Positions 55,857-63,684 are shown, counted from the first letter of the stretch. The stretch is DNA of 64,000 nucleotides from a virus (IMGVR_UViG_3300033146_004404:128001-192000), one strand, 5' to 3'. Translations and numbers: made by a program. Notes: generated by a model not told the origin, from the letters alone.

Positions 55857-58205
55857 ATGAGAATACTAAGAAAAATAACAAAACGAGAATTGAAAGATCA
55901 TCTGTATGAACTTAATACAGATGATCTTAGTCTTTATAAGGAAGCTAATAACCCTAATTCAATTGGAATCTTCCAATTGAATGGCGCTCTTGCTAGTGAG
56001 ATTATAAAGAAAGTTAGACCTTCATGCTTCGACGAAATAAATGCTGTGTCTGCATTCGCCAGACCAGGAACCTCAAGCTTCGTAGAACAATACGTAGAAA
56101 ACAGAGAAACAAAAAAATCTCCTTATTCAAATCAAGTAGCTGACTTGCTTACTGAAACAAACAGTATTTGTTTATATCAGGAACAAGCCATGTCTATTTT
56201 TAACAAGATAGGTGGGTTCTCACTCGAAGAGTGCGACGGAATCAGAGGTCTTATGAAAAAGCTTGGAAAGGCAGATAAGAAAAAAGAAGATCTTGATAGA
56301 TGGAATGTTATCATAGCTCAGTTTAATAAAGGCGCAGTTGAAAAAGGCATGTCAATCAAAGATGCTAAAATGATAGCAGCCGACCTTTTGAAAATGAGTT
56401 CTTATAATTTTAACAAGTGTTTCTCTGGCGACATGGTTATAGATAAAGATAATTCTACTGGCTGGGTTCCTACTATAGAAGAAATGTATCTTACAAGAAA
56501 CGATAGAGAGTGGGCCAAAAATAACGGGCATGATTTTCTTCATTATAAGTATAAAACAAAGGGGTATGTCTCTGGATTTTCTTTACAGGAAGATGGAAAG
56601 CTCTATAAGAATAAAATAAAAAATATTTATTTTCAAGGTAAAAAAGATGTTTATAGAATAACTCTTGAAAACGGAAAGATGATAGAAGTCACTGATAATC
56701 ATAGGTTTCCGGTAATAATTGAAGGCGAAGTAGAATATAAAAGTATTGATTCTGGATTATCTATCAATGACTCTCTTTTATCTAACGATGGATATGAGAT
56801 AACGGATTTTAAAGGAAAATATAATTTTACAAAAAAAAATAATGAAACAAGAAAATTTAAAACTGCAGTTTACTATGGAAGTGGAGAAAAAAATACTGGT
56901 TATATAAATGGTGAGTCTATTAAATTTAAAGAGAATAGAAAAATTCTTCTAGAACAAGCTGAAAATATTTGTCCTATTTGCGGAAATAATATAAATAGAA
57001 AAGAATGCCATCATATCGATGGCAATAGATACAATAACGAACTTGAAAATCTTATAGTCCTTTGTCCTTCTTGCCATAAAAAAGAAGATTATAAAATTGG
57101 CAGAAATAGAAAAGGAGATAAGGGGAAAATTACATCTTTATCTAAGATCGTTTCCATTGAAAAGATCGGTGAAAAAAATACGTATGATGTCGAAATGAAC
57201 GCACCTTTTCATACAGTTTCTGTAAATGGAATAGTTGCTCACAATAGCCACAGTACAGCATATGCTTATATAGCGGCACAGACACTTTACCTCTCATATT
57301 ATTTCCGTAAGTATTTTTATGCTTCTGTTCTTCACTATGAAGTTGGAAGAGATAAGTACTTAATAGAGAGATTGAAAGCGGTTAAGAAACAAGGCTTTAA
57401 CATTCTTCCTCCAAACATCAATAAGTCAAAAGTAGCAATCTCTCCAACTGGAGATGACAATATTGTTTTTGGCTTATTCGATATTAAAGGAGTTGGTGAA
57501 GTTCCTGCAACTACAATAGTTTCACTACAGCCATTCGGTTCATTTGAAGATTTCTTAATAAGAATTCTTGGGCAGAAAGTGTCAGTAACGGTAATAAAAG
57601 CACTGATTGGAGTTGGAGCTTTTGATGAGATTTATAACCTTGATAGAAAAAGACTGATCGAAACTTTTGATATTTATTGGAAAAATAAAAAGAGTACGAA
57701 AGTACCAGAAAAGCTTTTAGCTGTCTGGGAGGCCGCTCAGGAAGAAATCAGGGCAATTCCTGACATGACCGCTTCCATTGAAGAACTTAGAGATTTAGAA
57801 AAGAAGTACTTTGGGTTCAATTTTTTCTTGAGTCCATTCAACGAAAAATTTATTGATGCTGTTGATTTAATGGTAACTAAGGGAATGATCTATAGAAACT
57901 TTGAAGTTATTAAAACTGGATCTATGAAGGTTCCAGCAATAGTTAGCGGCATAAGAATACTTAATGACAGGAACGGAAATGAGATGGCATTTCTTGAGCT
58001 TGAGGATATTGAAGGTGAATCAATAAGTATTCCTATCTTTCAAAGTTTCTGGAAAGTATTGAAAGCAAGATTTATTCAGGGAAAAGTTCATATGATAAAT
58101 CTTTATTACAATAAAGAACAAGAGCAGATAATGTTTGGAAGTAAAAGGTTCATAAAGAAAGAAACAGAAATATCAAGACTTGTGAAACGATTAGATAATC
58201 TTTGA
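55857..58205 (+). CDS. dnaE: DnaE part D (fingers, HhH, OB fold) with cis intein
   Basis: GIFQL, A..RPG, LYQEQ.M, YNFNK|SHSTAYA, ILPPNINKS, FGL..IKGVG, OB-fold NGNEMAFLELED. Confidence 0.95.
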   Translation: MRILRKITKRELKDHLYELNTDDLSLYKEANNPNSIGIFQLNGALASEIIKKVRPSCFDEINAVSAFARPGTSSFVEQYVENRETKKSPYSNQVADLLTETNSICLYQEQAMSIFNKIGGFSLEECDGIRGLMKKLGKADKKKEDLDRWNVIIAQFNKGAVEKGMSIKDAKMIAADLLKMSSYNFNKCFSGDMVIDKDNSTGWVPTIEEMYLTRNDREWAKNNGHDFLHYKYKTKGYVSGFSLQEDGKLYKNKIKNIYFQGKKDVYRITLENGKMIEVTDNHRFPVIIEGEVEYKSIDSGLSINDSLLSNDGYEITDFKGKYNFTKKNNETRKFKTAVYYGSGEKNTGYINGESIKFKENRKILLEQAENICPICGNNINRKECHHIDGNRYNNELENLIVLCPSCHKKEDYKIGRNRKGDKGKITSLSKIVSIEKIGEKNTYDVEMNAPFHTVSVNGIVAHNSHSTAYAYIAAQTLYLSYYFRKYFYASVLHYEVGRDKYLIERLKAVKKQGFNILPPNINKSKVAISPTGDDNIVFGLFDIKGVGEVPATTIVSLQPFGSFEDFLIRILGQKVSVTVIKALIGVGAFDEIYNLDRKRLIETFDIYWKNKKSTKVPEKLLAVWEAAQEEIRAIPDMTASIEELRDLEKKYFGFNFFLSPFNEKFIDAVDLMVTKGMIYRNFEVIKTGSMKVPAIVSGIRILNDRNGNEMAFLELEDIEGESISIPIFQSFWKVLKARFIQGKVHMINLYYNKEQEQIMFGSKRFIKKETEISRLVKRLDNL
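56418..57245 (+). mobile_element. Intein with HNH endonuclease (276 aa) at the FNK/SH site of DnaE
   Basis: CFSGDM start; TDNHRF; CPICG...HHIDGNRYNNELENLIVLCPSCH; ends TYDVEM.APFHTVSVNGIVAHN/S. Confidence 0.95.
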
Positions 58206-58242
58206 TGTAAAGGTAATAATATCAAACGATAAAAGGAAAAAT

Positions 58243-58899
58243 ATGTTATTAACAGAAGAGATTAGAAAGAATGCAGGGTATGAAATAGATGAAGGTCGAT
58301 ATTTGACAGAAACAGAAAAAGAGTTTTTAACAGAAGCTAAGAAAAGAGCTTCTGAAAAAATTAATGATGTTTTAGACATCCTAAAGAAACAAGAAAGAAG
58401 AGCTCGTTTACATGCAGAAGAGTACGGCTCTTCAGAAGCTCGATCATACGCAACTAAGTGGGAAAAAGTAGTTGAATCCACTGAAAAATTTGTAAAAGAC
58501 TTTGCCCAGACTGAAAAGGATCTAAAAAAAACTAAGTTTAATAGAAATAGAAAAGAGTTTTTTAAGGCTAAAATTGAAAGGTTGAAAAAAAGCCATAAGT
58601 TATTATATGCTGAAGCTAAGGAATTAGATAGAGCTAGGAATGAAGCTAAGAAAGTTGCAAAGAAAAGTATTAAGTTTTCATATGCTGCTATAGTGATAGC
58701 ACCTTTAATTTTAGGTTTAGGGTCAGCTATATTTCCTCCTCTTGCAGCATTTTTAGCAGCAGTAGTAGCTTCTACAGTCACTGCAGTACTTCCTTCAGAA
58801 CATTATAGAAAAAAATCGGATAAGATGAAAAGCGCAGCTAGAAATAGATTAGTTAATAGTAGAGATGAGGATGAATTGTTTAAGAGCGTGACTGATTAA
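58243..58899 (+). CDS. Leader-family coiled-coil protein with hydrophobic hairpin
   Basis: MLLTEEIRKNAGYEIDEG..LTE; long apolar stretch FSYAAIVIAPLILGLGSAIFPPLAAFLAAVVASTVTAVLP; late motif at 58207. Confidence 0.7.
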   Translation: MLLTEEIRKNAGYEIDEGRYLTETEKEFLTEAKKRASEKINDVLDILKKQERRARLHAEEYGSSEARSYATKWEKVVESTEKFVKDFAQTEKDLKKTKFNRNRKEFFKAKIERLKKSHKLLYAEAKELDRARNEAKKVAKKSIKFSYAAIVIAPLILGLGSAIFPPLAAFLAAVVASTVTAVLPSEHYRKKSDKMKSAARNRLVNSRDEDELFKSVTD

Positions 58900-58901
58900 T
58901 A

Positions 58902-59321
58902 ATGAGGCTTAACCATAAAACTTTAATAGATGATAGACAAGTAACTCCATTTCTAGTACAGGGAGCTAACGTCTATTGTTTTGACGAGAAAAAACAAACT
59001 GTTATTCTTGATGTTGAAAAATTTAAGAAGAGCAAGAAAAATATTGTAAGATCTATTATGCCAAGAGCAGTAATTAGAAGAAAGAAAGCTTCCTTTAATT
59101 ACGCAGGAAGTGGAATAATTTCATTAATAGGATCTGCTGATTATAAAACAATAAAGAAGAAATCTACTAAGAAAAAAATAGATCTCTCTTATACTGCGGA
59201 AGGTTCTATTAAAGTTTTCGGCGCTTCTAATACAAGTATGGAAAATAAAACGTTTGTAGTCCCTCCTATTATAGATAATACTAGGTACTTAAGACCTACG
59301 TTAGACGATGAGTACATTTAG
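58902..59321 (+). CDS. Hypothetical protein
   Basis: 139-aa ORF in operon. Confidence 0.55.
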   Translation: MRLNHKTLIDDRQVTPFLVQGANVYCFDEKKQTVILDVEKFKKSKKNIVRSIMPRAVIRRKKASFNYAGSGIISLIGSADYKTIKKKSTKKKIDLSYTAEGSIKVFGASNTSMENKTFVVPPIIDNTRYLRPTLDDEYI

Positions 59322-59327
59322 GAGAAA

Positions 59328-59660
59328 ATGATGGATTTTAGAGAAATATTAAACGAAGAATTAAACGTACAGTTTGTAAATAAAGAGCTTGCTGGATTAG
59401 AAGCTTCTAAGAAGCAGTTAGATGCAGTGGTTCAACAGAATCCATTAATTGGAAAACAAATAGCGGCACCTATAGCTGAAATAGACAAGAAAATAACAAG
59501 TCTTAAATATGCCGTTGCCGAATATGTTAATAAAGAGAAAATGCAAAAGAAAGCTGGAGTCGGTTCACAAACCCAAGCACAGCCTACTTTACCTACGCCT
59601 GCTGCAAAACCAGCTCCAGCAACTCCTGCTGCAGCTCCAGCAGTAAAACCAGCTCAATAA
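59328..59660 (+). CDS. Hypothetical protein with P/A-rich tail and CTS-like start
   Basis: MDFREILNEE; AGGAG SD. Confidence 0.6.
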   Translation: MMDFREILNEELNVQFVNKELAGLEASKKQLDAVVQQNPLIGKQIAAPIAEIDKKITSLKYAVAEYVNKEKMQKKAGVGSQTQAQPTLPTPAAKPAPATPAAAPAVKPAQ

Positions 59661-59664
59661 AATA

Positions 59665-59693
59665 TTGACAAAAAAAGAATAATATGGTATAAT
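59665..59693 (+). promoter_or_regulatory. sigma70-type promoter, copy 10
   Basis: TTGACA-AAAAAAGAATAATATGG-TATAAT. Confidence 0.9.
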
Positions 59694-59712
59694 TAAAGCA
59701 AGGAGAGAGTTA

Positions 59713-59958
59713 TTGAATAATTTTTGCAGCAATTGTAATACCAGAAATGTTCCCGATAGTTTAAAGAAAAAATTTAACGAAAATTATAAACCCACTTTTT
59801 TGAATTGCCCTCAAGACGATCCAAATGTAGCTGGGTGTTTAATAAAGAACTCGAAAATAAATTGGAGTAGCTTTTGTAATTACTTATTTGATCATAAAAT
59901 GCTAACAGTTGATGAAGCGAGTACGATGGCGACTATGGGACTCTTTATAAAAAAATGA
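59713..59958 (+). CDS. Small Cys-rich hypothetical protein
   Basis: TTG start, AAGGAG SD, CxxC. Confidence 0.6.
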   Translation: MNNFCSNCNTRNVPDSLKKKFNENYKPTFLNCPQDDPNVAGCLIKNSKINWSSFCNYLFDHKMLTVDEASTMATMGLFIKK

Positions 59959-60524
59959 CAAAAGAAGAAGCTACGTATAGATTAGCTTCCGCCTACATTA
60001 AAGAATATAGGCAAGTAGGTGGATACTTATTTACAATGAAAAATGTAGATAGAACAAAGTGGATAAAATTCTTTGAGAGAGCAGCAGGATACCGATCTAT
60101 AGTAGGATGGAGTCCTGAAGAGCACGTCAAAAGCTGTTTTGAAAAACATGGTAAGATACTTCCTTTCAGAATTTTTGGAAAAACTGCAATAGAAGCATGG
60201 GAAGAATATAATCACAGATATAAGAATAAAATTAAGAATGATTATATAGTTCAAATGCTAGATTCATACAAAAAAATCAAAAAGTGGAACAAACAAGAGT
60301 ATGACCCTACATATTACAGAAGTAATATTCTATTGATGAAAAGAAAAACTTTATCAATCTATTTACTTTGTCTATCTAAAGAATATAGAATTTTGAATAA
60401 AGAGCAGCATTACTATACAGAAGAAGAGCTTGATATAAAAAGGGTAATTGTATTCACTAATAAAAAAGTATGGAATAAAATGATAGAAGTCTTAAAAGAC
60501 GACTTCTATCAAAAGGGAGAATAA
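59955..60524 (+). CDS. Possible helicase loader (T4 gp59-like)
   Basis: Weak pattern resemblance (YRL...IK, KFFERA..Y, A...WEEY..R.K, K.LSIY); adjacent to the rnh-like gene, and T4 gene 59 lies near rnh. Confidence 0.35.
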   Translation: MTKEEATYRLASAYIKEYRQVGGYLFTMKNVDRTKWIKFFERAAGYRSIVGWSPEEHVKSCFEKHGKILPFRIFGKTAIEAWEEYNHRYKNKIKNDYIVQMLDSYKKIKKWNKQEYDPTYYRSNILLMKRKTLSIYLLCLSKEYRILNKEQHYYTEEELDIKRVIVFTNKKVWNKMIEVLKDDFYQKGE

Positions 60525-60526
60525 AT

Positions 60527-61489
60527 TTGAAGGTACTAATCGATCATATGAACTATCTGTTTATAGGATATCATTCAGCAAGAAGAAGTTTTAAAGAAGA
60601 GACAGGAAAAGATGAAATTCTAATGGAAGATATGGGATTTTTTTATCACATGCTTTTCAAGAATTATAACTACCTCTTCAAAGATTATGGAAACTTAATA
60701 ATCTGCCATGAAGGAAAAGGATCTCTAGATTGGAGAAGAAATATCTATGATGACTATAAAAGAAATCGAGATAAATCAAAACAGGAGCAATCATATCTTG
60801 ACCTGAAGCAGACATTCTCAGTTATAGAAAAACAACTTGATTATTATCCTACGAAACAAATTAAAGTGGATGGAATGGAAGCAGATGATGTGATGTTTGC
60901 TTTAGCTTGTGAGTTCGCCAGTAAAGGTGAAGACGTTACAGTAATTTCGACTGATAAGGACATGATTCAGTTAAAAAATTATTATGATAATATTGATGTA
61001 TATAATTCAATAAAAAAAACGTTCTATAATAAGAGCGAAAATATTGTAATGGAAAAAGCAATCTGCGGAGATTCATCAGATAATATTCCTGGGTTGTATA
61101 GAGTTGGGCCAAAGACTCTTGAAAAGATGCTTGTAGATAAAGATCTTTGGAGAAAGAAAATGGCAGGTGGAAATAAAGAGATTTATGAAACATTTTCACA
61201 GATTGTTGATTTGAGTGCTTTCCCTAAAGAGAAACATGAAGAAGCAGTCAAACAGTTTTATGATAAAAAATATAATTTATTTGATCCAAATCAAATAGAA
61301 CTATTCTATTATGAGAACAAAATGGCAGACCATTTATCAAGATGGGGAAGAGAAGCTGGAGATATAATTGATACTCTTGTTTCGCAAGGATATAAGACAG
61401 CAAATTATGATCCATTTAAAAACACGGACGTTTCAGTTGAAGCGGAAGTAAATACTGAAGTAGATGACTTTTTACAGGACTTTGTATGA
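60527..61489 (+). CDS. rnh: 5'-3' exonuclease / T4 RNase H-like (FEN family)
   Basis: LID..N, WRR.IY.DYKRNR, EADD, ISTDKDMIQL, GDSSDNIPG...VGPKT. Confidence 0.9.
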   Translation: MKVLIDHMNYLFIGYHSARRSFKEETGKDEILMEDMGFFYHMLFKNYNYLFKDYGNLIICHEGKGSLDWRRNIYDDYKRNRDKSKQEQSYLDLKQTFSVIEKQLDYYPTKQIKVDGMEADDVMFALACEFASKGEDVTVISTDKDMIQLKNYYDNIDVYNSIKKTFYNKSENIVMEKAICGDSSDNIPGLYRVGPKTLEKMLVDKDLWRKKMAGGNKEIYETFSQIVDLSAFPKEKHEEAVKQFYDKKYNLFDPNQIELFYYENKMADHLSRWGREAGDIIDTLVSQGYKTANYDPFKNTDVSVEAEVNTEVDDFLQDFV

Positions 61490-62508
61490 TAACAGTGGGC
61501 GTAGGAAATACAGGAATGAAATTAGCTAGAATGTTTGATGAAGATTCTATTCTTATTTCTACTGCCCATCAAGACTCTGAAAACTTTAAGGACTATGAAG
61601 TCCATACTTTTACAGAGGAAGGATGCGGCAAGAAATTCGGGACTGGAGTCAAACTTTGGAAAGGAATTACAAATCAATTAGAAGATTTGCTCGATGGAAT
61701 TGAGAATGAGAAAGTTGTTATTTTTTCAAGTTTAGGTGGTGGTTCTGGAAGTTCATCACTTCAGTTTCTATCTAAGATCCTTTTAGCTAAAGAGAATAAA
61801 GTTTTTATAGTTGGAGTTCTTCCATACAAGAAAGAAGTTGTTCCTCCATTAGCAAACGCAGTTCAATCAATAAATAGCTTAATGCCATTTATCAATGACG
61901 TAACTGTTATGCTTTTTGATAATCAAACTCTTCTTAAAGAATATGAAAATTCTTGGAAGGATGTAAATGAAAGCATCATAATGAAAGTGAATTATGTAGT
62001 GAATCTTCTTAAGAAACATTCTGTAGATGGATATTCTCCATTAACTATAGATCAATCAGAGCTTGAATCAGTTGTATTCGGCGGTGGTTTTATAGATGTG
62101 TCAGATGATTTCTTAGAAGAAACAACTCCTAAGTTTCATTATGGAAAGATGGACGCTCAAACAAAAAACGTGTTAATTGCTATGTTTGTAGATCAATACG
62201 TTTCTGACAGAAAAATGGAAGAGTATCATAATACTTTGACTTCAGTTCAAATGAAGTATTCAGGAAGAGTTAAAAACGCTAGAATGGTTACTGGGATAGT
62301 TAGAGGTAGAGTTCTTGGATCCAAGTCAAACTTAAACTTTAAAGATAGAGCTTATGTTACAATTGCTTCAGGATTAAATGTTGAGAAATACTCGATTAAG
62401 ATTGAGAAGCTTAGAGATGAAGCAATAGAAAAGGCAACTATCTTTTCATCAAAAATAGTTGGAGCAAAAGTTGTTAGCAGCAAAGATTCTAAATTGTTAG
62501 ATATTTAA
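61486..62508 (+). CDS. phuZ: Tubulin/FtsZ-family GTPase (PhuZ/TubZ-like)
   Basis: VGVGNTG, EGCGK..G.G, SSLGGGSGSS tubulin signature, VLP..E, FDN, IDQSE. Confidence 0.85.
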   Translation: MITVGVGNTGMKLARMFDEDSILISTAHQDSENFKDYEVHTFTEEGCGKKFGTGVKLWKGITNQLEDLLDGIENEKVVIFSSLGGGSGSSSLQFLSKILLAKENKVFIVGVLPYKKEVVPPLANAVQSINSLMPFINDVTVMLFDNQTLLKEYENSWKDVNESIIMKVNYVVNLLKKHSVDGYSPLTIDQSELESVVFGGGFIDVSDDFLEETTPKFHYGKMDAQTKNVLIAMFVDQYVSDRKMEEYHNTLTSVQMKYSGRVKNARMVTGIVRGRVLGSKSNLNFKDRAYVTIASGLNVEKYSIKIEKLRDEAIEKATIFSSKIVGAKVVSSKDSKLLDI

Positions 62509-62509
62509 T

Positions 62510-62538
62510 TTGACAAAAAAAGAATAATATGCTATAAT
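62510..62538 (+). promoter_or_regulatory. sigma70-type promoter, copy 11
   Basis: TTGACA-AAAAAAGAATAATATGC-TATAAT. Confidence 0.9.
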
Positions 62539-62557
62539 TACTATAGGAGAAAGAAAA

Positions 62558-62851
62558 TTGGGAAAAAGAAAAACAGCATTAAAAAAGAACAATCCTAATA
62601 GACACAAAGCTTTAGTATTATTGAGAAATCATAATTACATTGAAAACTTTGTAATGAAAAATGGGGTTGAAGTTGCTTTTAATCCAATGAAAACTTTTCT
62701 TATGCTAAAAGAGTATAAGCACGAAGAATTCAAAAAGGGATTAATGAGGTTGGCTTCTAAAATTGCACTCGGAGAAAAGAAATACAATGAGATGTCAGAA
62801 GCTAAAGGGTTAGCAGAAGCAGAAAAAATAATGGCAGAGGCGGGAATATAA
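62558..62851 (+). CDS. Hypothetical early protein
   Basis: TTG start, AGGAG SD. Confidence 0.6.
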   Translation: MGKRKTALKKNNPNRHKALVLLRNHNYIENFVMKNGVEVAFNPMKTFLMLKEYKHEEFKKGLMRLASKIALGEKKYNEMSEAKGLAEAEKIMAEAGI

Positions 62852-63091
62852 ATGTTAGATCCATCAGAAAAGAAAGCAGTTCAGGAAAATTTCCAGACAT
62901 GGTTAGAGATTCAGGACAGAAGAAAAGAACTTACAGTTGAGAATAAAGACGTTGTAGATTTAACAGCATCTCTCTTGGGACAGAAGACAAAAATGGTTAA
63001 TAAGCTATTTAAAGTTTTACAGAATAAAATGGAAAATGGCGAAGATGAACTGGAAGAACTTTATAGTTTAATGACAGACATAGAAGCATAG
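62852..63091 (+). CDS. dsDNA-binding protein (T4 DsbA / GapR-like)
   Basis: Size and pattern K.L....KD.......LG...KM.NKL...E.LY resemble T4 DsbA, which neighbours rnh. Confidence 0.5.
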   Translation: MLDPSEKKAVQENFQTWLEIQDRRKELTVENKDVVDLTASLLGQKTKMVNKLFKVLQNKMENGEDELEELYSLMTDIEA

Positions 63092-63118
63092 TAAAGATAA
63101 ATAATAGAGAGGTCTATT

Positions 63119-63478
63119 ATGAAAAACGACAATAACGATTTATTAGCTTGGTATGATAAAATATTAAACGAAGAGGAAGGGCTTGGAACTTTTACAGTTC
63201 CAGTTCTTCAAAATCAAGAGCAGCAAGAACCATCAATTGTGCAGACACAAGAACCGCCAGAAGGCGATCAGTCGCAGTTGGCGAAAGATCCTGTTGTCCA
63301 GAAAGACAAAGGCAATTCATTAGTTGCTTTTGTCATAGCTAAAAAAATTCAAGACATATTAGTTAGAGTTGCCGGCCTTGAAGAACCTTACGAATCTGAT
63401 TCTGAGGAACGACAAATGATGGTCGACAAATTGAAAAAACTTTATGAAAAACTTGGAGAACATATAGGAAGCTTATGA
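63119..63478 (+). CDS. Hypothetical late protein
   Basis: Late motif at 63091, GAGG SD, ILNEE candidate cleavage site. Confidence 0.6.
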   Translation: MKNDNNDLLAWYDKILNEEEGLGTFTVPVLQNQEQQEPSIVQTQEPPEGDQSQLAKDPVVQKDKGNSLVAFVIAKKIQDILVRVAGLEEPYESDSEERQMMVDKLKKLYEKLGEHIGSL

Positions 63479-63684
63479 ATTTAAGTCTTATAGAAAAAGA
63501 GGCTATGTTTCAAGATCTCAAAGAAATCAAGAAAACTAATGCTGCAATAGCAGAAACTAATAAAGCTATTGCAGTATTACTTAAAGGCATGAATGATTTC
63601 TTTAGGTCTATGGAAGAACTTGAAACTAAAGATGACGGAAGTTATCAGAAAGAACTAAGTAAAGGGTATGGGCCAAAAATATGA
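63475..63684 (+). CDS. Hypothetical protein
   Basis: 69 aa, ATGA-coupled. Confidence 0.55.
   Translation: MNLSLIEKEAMFQDLKEIKKTNAAIAETNKAIAVLLKGMNDFFRSMEELETKDDGSYQKELSKGYGPKI

Noticed and set aside
44180-55857. Group I/II introns or stop-codon recoding joining the DnaE pieces
   Set aside because: Gaps are filled by ordinary genes with their own promoters and SDs; no ribozyme-sized non-coding stretch; conserved genes are intact in the standard code and A and B end in TAA
2068-61199. Many 60-290 aa antisense or nested ORFs in the track (e.g. 15104, 22307, 54127, 58191)
   Set aside because: Shadows of real genes on the opposite strand, S/F/L-rich, without SD or motifs
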